A stretch of DNA of 64,000 bases from contig CAVTHK010000007.1 in NCBI GenBank assembly GCA_963734495.1, forward strand, positions 96,001 through 160,000, read 5' to 3'. The position numbers and the translations under genes are program-made. Of the stretch, positions 20,655 through 30,884 are shown in pieces (position 1 is the stretch's first letter; every line of letters starts with the position of its first letter). Source of the DNA: an uncultured Spirochaetota bacterium. Lineage in GTDB: Bacteria > Spirochaetota > Spirochaetia > SZUA-6 > CAVTHK01. The notes under the pieces were generated by a model. That model did not search any database. It was not told where the DNA came from and was given only the letters and a program-made list of their open reading frames with translations.

Positions 20655-23312
20655 ATGGCGGCGGAGAGCGCGCGCGACAGAAGGGCAACCCCGGCTGGCA
20701 GGGAGGGCGCCGACGCGTTGCCGATGATCCGTCAGTACCGCCTGATCAAGGAGCAGCACCGCGATTCGGTGCTGTTCTTCCGCCTGGGAGACTTTTACGA
20801 GATGTTCGAGCAGGACGCCCGCGAGGTGTCCGCCCTGCTCGACCTCACCCTCACGCAGCGCAGCGGCGTCCCGATGTGCGGCATCCCCTATCACGCCGCG
20901 CAGAACTACATCGCCCGCCTGCTCAAGGCCGGGCGCAAGATCGCCGTCTGCGAGCAGACCGAGATGCCGCGCGGAGGGCGCGGGCTCGCGCGGCGGGAGG
21001 TCGTCGAGGTCATCACCCCCGGGACTCTGGTAGATGAAGGGTTCCTCGACCAGGCGAGCAACAACTACCTGATCGCGCTGGGCGCAGGCCGGGCGCCGGC
21101 TGCGTCGCCGGCCGTCGGGCTCGCCTACGTCGACCTTTCCACCGGCGAGTTCCGATGCACCTCGTTCGCCTGGGAGGAGCGCGGCGAGAGGCTGCGCAAG
21201 GAGCTGGAGCGCCTCGCTCCCCGCGAGGCGCTCGTGCAGGAGTCTCTGTTCGAGGAGGAGACGGTCGGCGGAACCCTTGCGGCCCGCGACGGCCTCCTCG
21301 TGAACCGTCTGCCCGACTGGAGCTTCGACGCGGCCGCCTCGTACCAGGAGCTGACGCGGCAGCTCGGGGTCGCCAACCTCAAGGGCTTCGGCCTCGACGA
21401 CGGCTCGCCCGAGGTCGCGGCCGCGGGCGCCATCCTCGGGTACGTGGCCTCCGCTTCCCGTTCGCTCCTGCCCCACATCCGCGCCATCGACGTCTACCGC
21501 GACTCGAGCGCCGTCATGCTCGACGAGACGACGCAGCGCAACCTCGAGCTCCTGCGCAACCTCTCCGACGGCAGCCGCAGGTACACGCTGCTCGAGGTCC
21601 TCGACCACACGCGCACCTCCATGGGAGCGCGCATGCTCAAGCGGTGGCTCCTCGCGCCCCTGATGGATCGCGATCGCATCGAGCGCCGCCTCGACTCGGT
21701 GGAGCTCTTCTACCGCGCGCAGGTCCTCCTGTCCCGGGTGCGGGAGACTCTTGGCCGCTTCCACGACGTGGAGCGTCTCTCCGCCCGCGTAGCCATGGAC
21801 CGCGCCCACGCGCGTGACCTGCTGGCGATCCGCGCGTCGCTCGAGGCGGTAGGCGCCCTCGCAGCGCTGCTGCGCGAGTCTCCGCAGGCGCACGCCTTCT
21901 CCGAGCGGCTCGCGACGCGCCTCGACGAGCTGCAGGCCCTCGAGCAGCTTCTGTCGAGGGGGATCGCCGAGAATCCGCCCATGCTCCTCAGCGAAGGCGA
22001 CCTGATCCGCGAGGGCTACGATGCCGAGCTCGACCGACTGCGGGCGGTCCGGCGCGACGCCCGACGGCGCCTGCACGCCCTGCTCAAGGAGGAGCAGGAG
22101 GCGACGCGCATCGCCTCGCTCAAGCTCCGGCACAACCGGGTGCTGGGCTGGTTCTTCGAGGTCACGAAACCCAACCTGGCGCTGGTGCCGCCCCACTTCA
22201 ACCGCAGGCAGTCGATGGCGAGCGCCGAGCGCTTCACGACCGAACGGCTCGCCGACCTCGAAAACGAGATCAACGGCGCGGCCGAGACCGCCAACGATCT
22301 CGAACGTCGTCTCTTTCTGGAGATCCGCGAGCGGGTCAAGTCGGGGGTTCCGACCCTCCTCGCCTACGGCGAGCTCATCGCGGAGATCGACGTCCTGCAG
22401 GGCTTCGCGATGGGCGCGACCGTGCACGGCTTCGCGAGGCCGGCCCTCGACGCCGAGGGCGACCTGTCGATCACCGAAGGCCGGCATCCCGTCGTCGAGG
22501 CGCACCTGCCGCCGGGGGCGTTCGTTCCCAACAGCCTGAAGCTGGGCCGCGGGTCCGGCAGATTCGTGCTGCTGACAGGCCCGAACATGGCCGGGAAGAG
22601 CACGTTCCTGAGGCAGGTGGCCCTCATCGCGCTCATGGCGCAGGCGGGCTCATTCGTGCCGGCGCGCGAAGCCTCGCTGCCTCTCGTGGACCGGATTTTC
22701 TGCCGCGTGGGCGCGATGGACAACCTGGCCAGGGGGGAATCGACGTTCCTCGTGGAGATGAACGAGACGGCGAACATCATCCGCTCCGCGACGCGGCGAA
22801 GCCTCGTCATCATGGACGAGGTGGGCCGCGGGACGGGAACCACCGACGGCCTTGCCATCGCGTGGAGCGTCTCCTCGTACCTCATGGAGAAGATCGGCGC
22901 CTACACCCTCTTCGCCACCCACTACCACGAGCTCGCCGGCCTCGAGCATCCCGACCTGGTGAGGCTCTGCATGGACGTGGAGGAGAGAGACGGCGAGATC
23001 CTGTTCCTCAAGCGCGTGCGGCCGGGCTCGTCGGACAACTCCTACGGGCTGCACGTGGCCCGCCTTGCGGGGCTTCCCGCGGAGGTCATAGAGCGCGCGC
23101 ACAGGGTCCTCGAGGGAATCGTCGAGCGGCCCGAACGGCTCGCCATCGCTCCGCAGCCTGCCGCCGCGCCGCCTCCCGTCCAGGCCGAGCTCTTCGGGCC
23201 CGCGGAGATCGTGGTCCAAGGGCTCCGGAGCGTAGATCTGGAGCGGATGACACCGCTCGAGGCGCTGAATCTGCTGGCCCGCTGGAAGCGCGAGATAGAC
23301 CGCGGCTCGTGA
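20655..23312 (+). CDS. mutS: DNA mismatch repair protein MutS
   Basis: FFRLGDFYEMF, TGPNMAGKST, STFLVEM, FATHYHEL. Confidence 0.98.
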   Translation: MAAESARDRRATPAGREGADALPMIRQYRLIKEQHRDSVLFFRLGDFYEMFEQDAREVSALLDLTLTQRSGVPMCGIPYHAAQNYIARLLKAGRKIAVCEQTEMPRGGRGLARREVVEVITPGTLVDEGFLDQASNNYLIALGAGRAPAASPAVGLAYVDLSTGEFRCTSFAWEERGERLRKELERLAPREALVQESLFEEETVGGTLAARDGLLVNRLPDWSFDAAASYQELTRQLGVANLKGFGLDDGSPEVAAAGAILGYVASASRSLLPHIRAIDVYRDSSAVMLDETTQRNLELLRNLSDGSRRYTLLEVLDHTRTSMGARMLKRWLLAPLMDRDRIERRLDSVELFYRAQVLLSRVRETLGRFHDVERLSARVAMDRAHARDLLAIRASLEAVGALAALLRESPQAHAFSERLATRLDELQALEQLLSRGIAENPPMLLSEGDLIREGYDAELDRLRAVRRDARRRLHALLKEEQEATRIASLKLRHNRVLGWFFEVTKPNLALVPPHFNRRQSMASAERFTTERLADLENEINGAAETANDLERRLFLEIRERVKSGVPTLLAYGELIAEIDVLQGFAMGATVHGFARPALDAEGDLSITEGRHPVVEAHLPPGAFVPNSLKLGRGSGRFVLLTGPNMAGKSTFLRQVALIALMAQAGSFVPAREASLPLVDRIFCRVGAMDNLARGESTFLVEMNETANIIRSATRRSLVIMDEVGRGTGTTDGLAIAWSVSSYLMEKIGAYTLFATHYHELAGLEHPDLVRLCMDVEERDGEILFLKRVRPGSSDNSYGLHVARLAGLPAEVIERAHRVLEGIVERPERLAIAPQPAAAPPPVQAELFGPAEIVVQGLRSVDLERMTPLEALNLLARWKREIDRGS

Positions 23313-23332
23313 GCCCCCCGAGTACGGGGGGC
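23313..23332. repeat. Single AGTA-loop hairpin immediately after the mutS stop
   Basis: GCCCCCCG-AGTA-CGGGGGGC between convergent mutS and rpmE. Confidence 0.85.
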
Positions 23333-23364
23333 AGGTGGCCCTCCCGGCGGCGGACTTCTCTTTC

Positions 23365-23613
23365 CTAGTCCTTGATGTTGTACTTCTTCTTGAACCGCTC
23401 GATGCGTCCGGCCGTGTCGACCAGCTGCTGCTTGCCCGTGAAGAATGGGTGGGACGCGCTGGAGATCTCGACGTCGAACACCGGGTACTCGTTGCCGTCG
23501 GTGTACTTGACTTTCTGCTTCGTCGCCACCGTGGAGCGGGTCAGGAACAGCGTGCCGGAAGCCGTGTCCCGGAACACGACCGGCCGGTAGTTGGGGTGGA
23601 TATCCTTTTTCAT
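23365..23613 (-). CDS. rpmE: 50S ribosomal protein L31, type B (no Cys)
   Basis: [21 protein letters not shown]. Confidence 0.96.
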   Translation of the reverse strand: MKKDIHPNYRPVVFRDTASGTLFLTRSTVATKQKVKYTDGNEYPVFDVEISSASHPFFTGKQQLVDTAGRIERFKKKYNIKD

Positions 23614-23661
23614 CGTCGCTTCAACTCCTCGCGGACCGCGCCGGGCCTTCGACCGAGGGCG

Positions 23662-25257
23662 TCACTCCGCCGCGGCGCCCGTGTTCATCGACTGCAGGAA
23701 GACCGCATTGTTCTTGGTCTTGTTCATTTTGTCAATCAGAAGCTCGATCACCTCGGAGTCGTCCATCGGGTTCATGACCTTGCGCAGGATCCAGACTTTC
23801 TGCAGCTCCTCGTCGCTGAGCAGGAGCTCCTCCTTGCGGGTGCTCGAGCGCTTGATGTTGATCGCGGGAAAGGTCCGCCGGTCAGCGATCTTGCGGTCGA
23901 GGAGCACTTCCATGTTGCCGGTGCCCTTGAACTCCTCGAAGATGACCTCGTCCATCCGGCTGCCCGTCTCGATGAGCGCGGTGGCCACGATCGTGAGGCT
24001 GCCGCCCTTCTCGATGTTCCGCGCGGCGCCGAAGAAACGCTTGGGCTTGTGCAGCGCGTTGGAGTCGACGCCGCCCGAGAGGATCTTCCCCGACGTGGGC
24101 ACGGTCTGGTTGTAGGCCCGCGCCAGGCGCGTGATCGAGTCGAGGAGAATCACGACGTCCCGGCCGTGCTCCACGAACCGCTTGGCCCGCTCGATGACCA
24201 TCTCGGCGACCTGGACGTGCCGCGTCGCCTGCTCGTCGAACGTCGAAGAGATCACCTCGCCCTTGACATTGCGCTGCATGTCGGTCACTTCCTCGGGCCG
24301 CTCGTCGATGAGCAGCACGAACAGCAGCACTTCGGGCTGGTTCTCCGTGATCGCGTTGGCGATCTTCTGCAGGAGGATCGTCTTTCCGGCCTTGGGAGGC
24401 GAAACGATCAGCCCCCGCTGCCCCCTGCCGATCGGGCAGAACAGGTTGATGAGGCGGGTCGAGATGTCGCCCGACCGGGTCTCGAGGTTCAGCCGCTGAT
24501 TCGGGTAGACCGGGAGCAGGTTGTCGAACGGGATGCGCGTCTGCGCGACCTGCGGCTCGTCCATGTTGACGCTCTCGACGCGCAACATCGCGAAGAAGCG
24601 CTCCCCCTCCTTGGGCGAGCGGATCTGGCCGGCGACCGTGTCGCCGGTCTTGAGGTTGAAGAGCCGGATCTGCGACGGCGATATGTAGATATCGTCCGGC
24701 CCGGGGAGGTAGCTGTAGTTCGGCGATCGGAGGAACCCGTACCCGTCGGGCAGGATCTCCAGCGCCCCGAACGCGTAGATGGTCCCGCCCCGCTCCGTGT
24801 GCGCCTTGAGGGCCGCGAAGATGAGCTCCTGCTTGCGCATGGCGACGACCCGGTCCTGCGGGATGTCCAGGGTGCGGGCCAGGTCGCGGAGCTCGGTCAT
24901 GCTCATGCTCGAGAGCTCGTTGATCTGCAGCCGCTGGTCTTTGCGGCTCGCGCCTTCGTGATCGGCGCGGGAGCGCTCCGCGGCGGCGACGTCGCCGCCC
25001 TCCGCCAGCGCCTCCTCACCCCCCTCGGCGACGGGCTCCTCGGGCTCGGCGGCGTCCTTGATGAGCTGGACGCGTATCCTCCGGCGTTTGCCCCGCCGGG
25101 GCCCGCCTTCCCGCAGGGGCTGCGGCATGACGTCCGGAGGCTCTTCCGGCCCGTGTCCCGCTTCCTGCTCGGCCGCACGGGCCTCCATAGGCTCCGACGA
25201 AAGGCCGAGGTCCTGAGTCTCACTGCCGCCGTTGCGCTGCTTTCGGATTAATGCCAT
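23662..25257 (-). CDS. rho: Transcription termination factor Rho with ~110-aa N-terminal extension
   Basis: [33 protein letters not shown]. Confidence 0.98.
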   Translation of the reverse strand: MALIRKQRNGGSETQDLGLSSEPMEARAAEQEAGHGPEEPPDVMPQPLREGGPRRGKRRRIRVQLIKDAAEPEEPVAEGGEEALAEGGDVAAAERSRADHEGASRKDQRLQINELSSMSMTELRDLARTLDIPQDRVVAMRKQELIFAALKAHTERGGTIYAFGALEILPDGYGFLRSPNYSYLPGPDDIYISPSQIRLFNLKTGDTVAGQIRSPKEGERFFAMLRVESVNMDEPQVAQTRIPFDNLLPVYPNQRLNLETRSGDISTRLINLFCPIGRGQRGLIVSPPKAGKTILLQKIANAITENQPEVLLFVLLIDERPEEVTDMQRNVKGEVISSTFDEQATRHVQVAEMVIERAKRFVEHGRDVVILLDSITRLARAYNQTVPTSGKILSGGVDSNALHKPKRFFGAARNIEKGGSLTIVATALIETGSRMDEVIFEEFKGTGNMEVLLDRKIADRRTFPAINIKRSSTRKEELLLSDEELQKVWILRKVMNPMDDSEVIELLIDKMNKTKNNAVFLQSMNTGAAAE

Positions 25258-25343
25258 CAGGCCTGCTCCAAGTATGAAAAGGGTGACGGGGAAATCGGAC
25301 TGTCCTCGGAAATCGAGGGCGGTTGGGTAACTGCCTTGCTCAT

Positions 25344-25373
25344 AGTATATTGCTGACTCCTGTCTGGTGTCAA
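25344..25373 (-). promoter_or_regulatory. Putative sigma70 promoter of rho
   Basis: TTGACA-18 nt-TATACT on the minus strand. Confidence 0.7.
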
Positions 25374-25452
25374 TACAGCCGCGGGGGAATTCGCGCCCAT
25401 CGGCCGGCCCTTGGCGGCTCTGCCCCCGGGAGCGCGCCGCTCTGTGCTGTGC

Positions 25453-26127
25453 CTACAAGCCGTCGGAGCTTCCGGCAATCGCGCGCACGCGCGCTTGCAG
25501 CATGAGCAGAACGTTCCAGGCCGCGAGGTCGCGGATGCGCTCCCGGTCGCCGGCGAAGAAGAAGTGCCGCGCCTCCACGTCTTCGCCAGCGTCGCGGACC
25601 GCCACCCATACGGTGCCGACCGGCTTTTCCGCCGTCCCTCCGTCGGGACCCGCGATGCCTGAAACCGCGGCCGAGAAGCCTGCGCCGAAGGCCCGCGCCG
25701 CCCCCCTGGCCATCGCTTCGACTACGGGGCGCGACACCGCCCCATGACGCGCGATCTCGTCCGCCGGCACGCCGAGCAGGCGAACTTTCGCGTCGTTCGC
25801 GTACGCGACGATTCCGCCGAGCAGGAATACCGAGCTCCCCGCGACGTCGGTCAGGAGCTTGGCGACCAGCCCGCCCGTGCAGGATTCCGCGAGCGCGAGC
25901 GTGGCCCCGGCGCTCTTGAGCGACGCCGCTACGCGCTGCGCCAGGGTGCGGTCGCCCGCGGCGACGCGGGCGTCGCCGAACGCCCCCCGAAGCCGCTCGG
26001 CCGCCGCTGAGGCCGCCCCGTCGGGCGGGGTGACGACGATCCGGTCGGCCTCCGTGCGCAGCGCGCAGGCGCCCAGTCCGGCCGCAGCCAACCCGGCCTG
26101 GACCTCGGCCGCGGTTGCGAGATACAC
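25453..26127 (-). CDS. cinA: CinA C-terminal / PncC NMN deamidase family protein (start uncertain)
   Basis: AESCTGGL, HGAVS, SGIAGPDGGTAEKPVGTV. Confidence 0.88.
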   Translation of the reverse strand: MYLATAAEVQAGLAAAGLGACALRTEADRIVVTPPDGAASAAAERLRGAFGDARVAAGDRTLAQRVAASLKSAGATLALAESCTGGLVAKLLTDVAGSSVFLLGGIVAYANDAKVRLLGVPADEIARHGAVSRPVVEAMARGAARAFGAGFSAAVSGIAGPDGGTAEKPVGTVWVAVRDAGEDVEARHFFFAGDRERIRDLAAWNVLLMLQARVRAIAGSSDGL

Positions 26128-26189
26128 CGAGAGCGTGCTTCCCGGTCGTGAGCCCGTTCCAGTCGCCTCCGCGCCGGCCCCGGCGGACT

Positions 26190-26591
26190 TCAGGCGCCTT
26201 TGAGGGATTCCTTGAGCTCGGAAGATCGCGCCGAGAAGATGTCGATCGGGGCACCGTCTCTGATCATTTCGCACTTGCCTTCGAACACCACTCCGTCGGC
26301 GATCTTGAGCTTCGCTGTCCTCACGTCCCCGTAGAGGCGGGCGGTGGCAAGGAGCTCCACCTTGTCGCGCGCCAGCACGTTGCCGCGAAGGGTCCCCGCG
26401 ATTACGACCGCGCCGACCTCGATGTCGGCGTCGACCTCGGCGCCCTGCTCGACGTAGAGGGAGCCCGACGACAGGATCCGGCCCTGAAAACGGCCTTCGA
26501 TCTTGAGCGACTTCTCGAACCGCATGGTCCCGCTGAAGCTCGTCTCCTTGCCGAGGCTCGTGCTGATCCGGTCGTCAGTGATCTTCGACAC
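26190..26591 (-). CDS. Bactofilin (polymer-forming cytoskeletal protein)
   Basis: LKIEGRFQG...IADGVVFEGKCEM. Confidence 0.9.
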   Translation of the reverse strand: MSKITDDRISTSLGKETSFSGTMRFEKSLKIEGRFQGRILSSGSLYVEQGAEVDADIEVGAVVIAGTLRGNVLARDKVELLATARLYGDVRTAKLKIADGVVFEGKCEMIRDGAPIDIFSARSSELKESLKGA

Positions 26592-26604
26592 GTTCCGTTT
26601 CCGC

Positions 26605-26826
26605 TTACTTGGTTGTCATTACGAACACGCCGTCCCAGTCCTCGGGGGGCGGATTCTCGATGTAGTGCTTGCACCGGGCATAGTAGACCTTGGCCGGCCC
26701 GTCGTCAGGGTCGGCCTGGAGCGCCCGGGCAAAGAAGGCCCGCGCATCCTCGAACCGCATGAGCTTGTACGCCTTTCGGCCTTCGGCGAAGAGGTCGAGG
26801 ACCTGCTTCTTCTGCTCGGAGATCAC
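26605..26826 (-). CDS. Small TPR-like protein ending PPEDWDGVFVMTTK
   Basis: 73-aa ORF whose start overlaps the upstream stop; TPR pattern. Confidence 0.8.
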   Translation of the reverse strand: MISEQKKQVLDLFAEGRKAYKLMRFEDARAFFARALQADPDDGPAKVYYARCKHYIENPPPEDWDGVFVMTTK

Positions 26827-27572
26827 CGGGAGGCCCCCGCCCCGCTCTTCCCGCCGCGGCCCGCGCCCGCCAGAAGCGACTTGCGGTACTTCTCCTCGAG
26901 GTCCTTGAGCGCGAGGTCGCCTTCCCTCAGCTTGGTCTCCTGGCTCCTCAGCTCCTCGACCTCGCCCTCGAGCCCTCCGAGCGCCGCGAGGATTTCCTGC
27001 TGCTCCTTGCGCACGAATTCGAGCAGGGTCTTCATCTGCTTCTCGTTCGAGGGGTCGGCCGCCTTGATCTTTTCCAGGATCTCGGTGACGGGCTTGCGCA
27101 CGTGGCGGGTAAAGAAGAGCAGCGAATTGTTCAGCGACTCGATGACCGCGATGCGCTTTTCGCGGCGGCTCACCTGCTTGTGCAGCTCCCGGCCCCGCAG
27201 CACGGCCCTGATCCGGGCGAGTACTTCGGAAAAGTTGAAGGGCTTCGTGATGTAGTCGTCGACACCGAGCTCGAACCCCTCGATCTTGTCCTCCACGCTG
27301 TCCATCGCCGAGAACATGATCACGGGGATGTCCCTGCAGTCCGCGTACGCCGAGTCGTTCTTGAGCTTCTTCGTGACCTCCCAGCCCGTCAGGCCCGGCA
27401 TGATGTTGTCGAGGAGGATGAGGTCCGGCTGGAACGAGAGGGCCAGCTCGAGCGCTTCCTCGCCGTTTTCGGCCTTGGCCACCTCGAACCCGAGCTTGCT
27501 GAGCATCACGTCGAAGAACTCGAGGTTGATCGGCTCGTCGTCTACAATGAGCAGCTTGTCCCTGGGTTTCAT
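26823..27572 (-). CDS. Response regulator (receiver + coiled coil)
   Basis: LLIVDDE, LLDNIMP, YITKPF. Confidence 0.92.
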   Translation of the reverse strand: MKPRDKLLIVDDEPINLEFFDVMLSKLGFEVAKAENGEEALELALSFQPDLILLDNIMPGLTGWEVTKKLKNDSAYADCRDIPVIMFSAMDSVEDKIEGFELGVDDYITKPFNFSEVLARIRAVLRGRELHKQVSRREKRIAVIESLNNSLLFFTRHVRKPVTEILEKIKAADPSNEKQMKTLLEFVRKEQQEILAALGGLEGEVEELRSQETKLREGDLALKDLEEKYRKSLLAGAGRGGKSGAGASR

Positions 27573-27599
27573 GTCACGTCCCAACGGGCGGGATGGTTC

Positions 27600-27628
27600 A
27601 TTCTCCCAAACTGCACGGCCGTTGTCAA
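27600..27628 (-). promoter_or_regulatory. Putative sigma70 promoter of the response-regulator gene
   Basis: TTGACA-17 nt-GAGAAT on the minus strand. Confidence 0.55.
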
Positions 27629-27639
27629 CTGCCGGCGCC

Positions 27640-27695
27640 CGGGCCAGCCCGGGCCCAGACACGGATGTCGGGCCCCGCGGGCGACAGGGATGTCA
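27640..27695. repeat. Dispersed hairpin-family element beginning at the second lnt stop codon
   Basis: GACA-CGGA-TGTC (27658) and GACA-GGGA-TGTC (27683). Confidence 0.8.
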
Positions 27696-29329
27696 TAGCC
27701 CACGGGACCCGCCGCGCCCGGCCAGCTTCCGGGCCCCCGACAGCGCGAGGCAGCCCAGGACGATCGCCACGATGGCTGCGAGCGATACCTGAGCGAGCCA
27801 GTCGCCGTAGCGGGTGTAGGGCGTGACGACCCCGCGGACGATCGGCACCTCGCCAATGAGGTACCCTTCGACGAAGGGGGAAAGCATGTTGAGGATGCGT
27901 CCGTTGGGGTCGACGATCACCGTCATGCCGCCGTTGGTGCTGCGCACCAGCGAGCGCCGGTTCTCCACCGTCGCGGAAGACTCCCATGGCCATGTGCTGC
28001 ATCTCGGCTGCGACCGACCCCGCCCACGAGTCGTTGGTCATGTTGACCAGCACGTCGGCGCCGCGGCTGACGAACAGCCGGCCCAGGTAGCCGAAGGTGT
28101 CCTCGAAGCAGATGGGCGTCGAGAAGCGGACGCCTTTGTCCTCGTACACGACCGGGACGGTTCCCTTGCTCATAGAAGTGGATGTCGAACTTCTGCAGCA
28201 GGTCGTACATCCACTGGAGGACGCCGTGGAACGGGAAATGCTCGCTGAAAGGCACGAGGCGCAGCTTCCGATAGGTGTCGACGATCTCGCGGTCGCGGTA
28301 GAGGAGCGTCGCGTTGTAGTCGACGCGCACCTCCTCGCCGGTGGGCAGCACGCGTCTTCTGCCCGTCGTTGTTCCCGATGACGTAGCCGACCTTCTGCCC
28401 GTCGAGGAACTCCCGAAGGCGCCGCACGAGCTTGTACAGATCCTCATCCGTCCGGTACCGGGTGTGCCAGTCGATGCTCGGCACGAACGAGGTCTCCGAC
28501 CAGATGATGATCTCGGGATCGTGCTGCATCGCGGCCTCGCTCTGTCGAACGAGCGCCTCGAGCGAGGCCCTGTACGCCACGTAGCCTCCGCGCCACGGGT
28601 CGACGTTCTGCTGGACGAGCGCGACCTTCCATTCGCGCAGCCCGGCGGTCTCGACGGGGCTGCGGAATCCGTAGACCAGCGCGGCGGCGAAGGCCGCGGC
28701 GTAGACCGCGATTGCGGGCAGCCGCGCCCGCAGGAACGGCGCCGCCCCCGAGAGTCCGTCGCGGACGGCGTTCCCGAGCAGCGCCGACGGGAAGACGACG
28801 AGCAGCGAGACGGCCCAGACCCCGGCCAGGCTCGCGACCTGGATCAACGGGATGAAGAGGTACTGGGAGTAGCCGAGGATGCCGTAGGGGTAGCCGAGGT
28901 ACCCGAGCGTCTTGACGTACTCGTAGCCGATCCAGGCGACGATCTGCAGAAGCCAGCCCCAACGGGGGAACCGGCTGTCGACCAGCTTGAGGACCGGGAA
29001 CAGCACGAAGAAATGCGCCGCGTAGATGAGGGGCACGACCACAAGGCCGAGCGGGTGCCACGTGGCCAGCCAGAAATCGAACAGGGCGTAGCTCACGAAG
29101 CCATAGAGCGGCCCGTAGGCGAACACCCTCGCCCACGAAGCGCGGTGAACCACGACGAAGACCGGCGCCACGCTCACGAACGCCAGCGGGAACCAGCCCC
29201 ATTTGGACAGGAAGCTCGGGAAGGACAGCGCGAACAGGAGCGCCGACAGACCGAGGAGGCCGATCTCCGCGAGGGTGCGGCGCGGCCGGCCGGTCTCGAC
29301 CGCCCCGGAGGCAGGGCGGCCCGACCCAC
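27693..29329 (-). CDS. lnt: Second apolipoprotein N-acyltransferase (about 4 apparent frameshifts)
   Basis: IIWSET, YRKLRLVPFSE, ICFEDTF, RSTNGG spread over ORFs 28170-29177, 27923-28447, 27625-28173, 27693-27968. Confidence 0.85.
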
Positions 29330-29631
29330 TACGTCCTCATCGGCCAGGCGATCTGCTTGAGCTCCTGGCCGGGCCTGAAGACCGGCACTCCGTGGTTCTC
29401 CACCGGGAAGACCTCGCCGGTCTTGGGGTTGCGCGCGCGCTTGCGTCCCTTGCGGAGACGTACCTCGAAGGTCCCGAACCCGCGCAACTCGACGACCCGG
29501 TCGTCCTGCAGCCCCTTCTTGATCTCCTCGAAGACACGGTCGATCACGCGGTGAATGCCCTTACGGCTGAGGTCGGAGTTCGTGTAGATGCTCTCGATGA
29601 TATCGGCCTTGGTAAGCTTCTTCTTCGACAT
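29329..29631 (-). CDS. HU/IHF family DNA-binding protein
   Basis: VELRGFGTF, ARNPKTGE. Confidence 0.95.
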   Translation of the reverse strand: MSKKKLTKADIIESIYTNSDLSRKGIHRVIDRVFEEIKKGLQDDRVVELRGFGTFEVRLRKGRKRARNPKTGEVFPVENHGVPVFRPGQELKQIAWPMRT

Positions 29632-29656
29632 ACCACGCCCCCGACCACACGGGCCG

Positions 29657-29917
29657 TCAGGCTCGGCCCAGGACTTTGCTCATCCGGGATTTCTTTCTGG
29701 CGGCGGTATTCTTGTGAAGGATCCCCTTGCCCACGGCCTTGTCGAGCAGTCCGACGAGCACGCGGTACTCCTCCGCGGCCGAAGTCTTGTTTCCGGACCC
29801 GGCGGTGTCAAGGAACTCCTTGGTCTTCGTCTTGAGCATGCTCTTGTACGACTTGTTCCGCACTCGGCTGTTCTCGCTCTGGGCGTGCCTCTTTTCGACG
29901 GACGATCTCGCTGGCAA
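29657..29917 (-). CDS. rpsT: 30S ribosomal protein S20
   Basis: KGILHKNTAARKKSR; AAGGAG RBS and TTG start. Confidence 0.95.
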   Translation of the reverse strand: MPARSSVEKRHAQSENSRVRNKSYKSMLKTKTKEFLDTAGSGNKTSAAEEYRVLVGLLDKAVGKGILHKNTAARKKSRMSKVLGRA

Positions 29918-29954
29918 CTGGTATCTCCTTATCCGTACGGAAAAACTGGGGTCG

Positions 29955-29983
29955 AAGGTAACAAAACCCGTCCGGTCTGTCAA
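29955..29983 (-). promoter_or_regulatory. Putative sigma70 promoter of rpsT
   Basis: TTGACA-17 nt-TACCTT with TG extension. Confidence 0.65.
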
Positions 29984-30137
29984 GGCCGAATCGCGATAAC
30001 TGTCCGTTGCGCAGAGTGTTACGCCCTACGGGCCGGTCGGGCGTCCGCCCGGCCGCCATCCCCGCGCCTTAGCATCCCGCGGCACTCGCTTCACAGGGGA
30101 GCGCGCGGGGGCTAAACTCCGCGATCGGGACCCGCGC

Positions 30138-30872
30138 ATGAAGGCCTTCCTGTTCACCCTGGTGTTCTTCGCGTGCGTGATCCTCGGAGACCTGCAGGTG
30201 CGCTTCCTGCGGATCGCCCGAAGCGGCGCGGCGTTCCGGGCCGCCCTGCACCGCCACCACATCAGGCTCGCCAGGATCGCCTTGAAGCTGGCCAGGACCG
30301 TGGCAGGCCTCCGGATCGTCGTCGAATCCACGGTAGAAGGTCCCTTGCCGTGCCCAGTCCTCATCGTGAGCAATCACCAGAGCATGCTCGACATCGCGTT
30401 CCTCGTCTATGCCCTCCCCGGCCATGACGTCCGTTTTGTCGCCAAGGAGGAGCTCGGCCACGGCATCCCGCTGATCGCGCCGTCCCTGCGTTACGGGCGC
30501 CACGCGCTCATCAGCCGCCGGGGCCGCTTCGACCGGACTCGGCCGGCGCTGCTCCGGCTCGCCGGGATGCCCGGGATCAGCCCGGCCGTTTTTCCCGAAG
30601 GAACACGATCGCGGAACGGGACTCTGGGGCCCTTTCACTCCTCGGCCGTGCGGGTCCTCGTCGAGGCCAACCGCCTCCCCGTGCTGGGCGTCGCGGTGGA
30701 CGGCGGCCACCTCCTGCGCGGCGTCTTGCAGCTGCACCGGGTGAGCGAAGTGGTCTACCGGGTCTGCTTTCTCCGCGTGTACCCGCCCCCCGTGGGACGG
30801 CAGGAAACGGTGCGGCTCCTCGCGCGCATCCGCGCCGACATCGAAGCGCAGCACGCGCGCTGGCGCGCGTAG
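30138..30872 (+). CDS. PlsC-type lysophospholipid acyltransferase
   Basis: NHQSMLD and FPEGTRS. Confidence 0.9.
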   Translation: MKAFLFTLVFFACVILGDLQVRFLRIARSGAAFRAALHRHHIRLARIALKLARTVAGLRIVVESTVEGPLPCPVLIVSNHQSMLDIAFLVYALPGHDVRFVAKEELGHGIPLIAPSLRYGRHALISRRGRFDRTRPALLRLAGMPGISPAVFPEGTRSRNGTLGPFHSSAVRVLVEANRLPVLGVAVDGGHLLRGVLQLHRVSEVVYRVCFLRVYPPPVGRQETVRLLARIRADIEAQHARWRA

Positions 30873-30884
30873 AAGGCGGCTGCG

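Noticed and set aside
27923-28447. Programmed frameshifting or pseudogenisation of the broken genes
   Set aside because: No consistent slippery motif seen; breaks are scattered and hit essential genes, so indel error is more parsimonious
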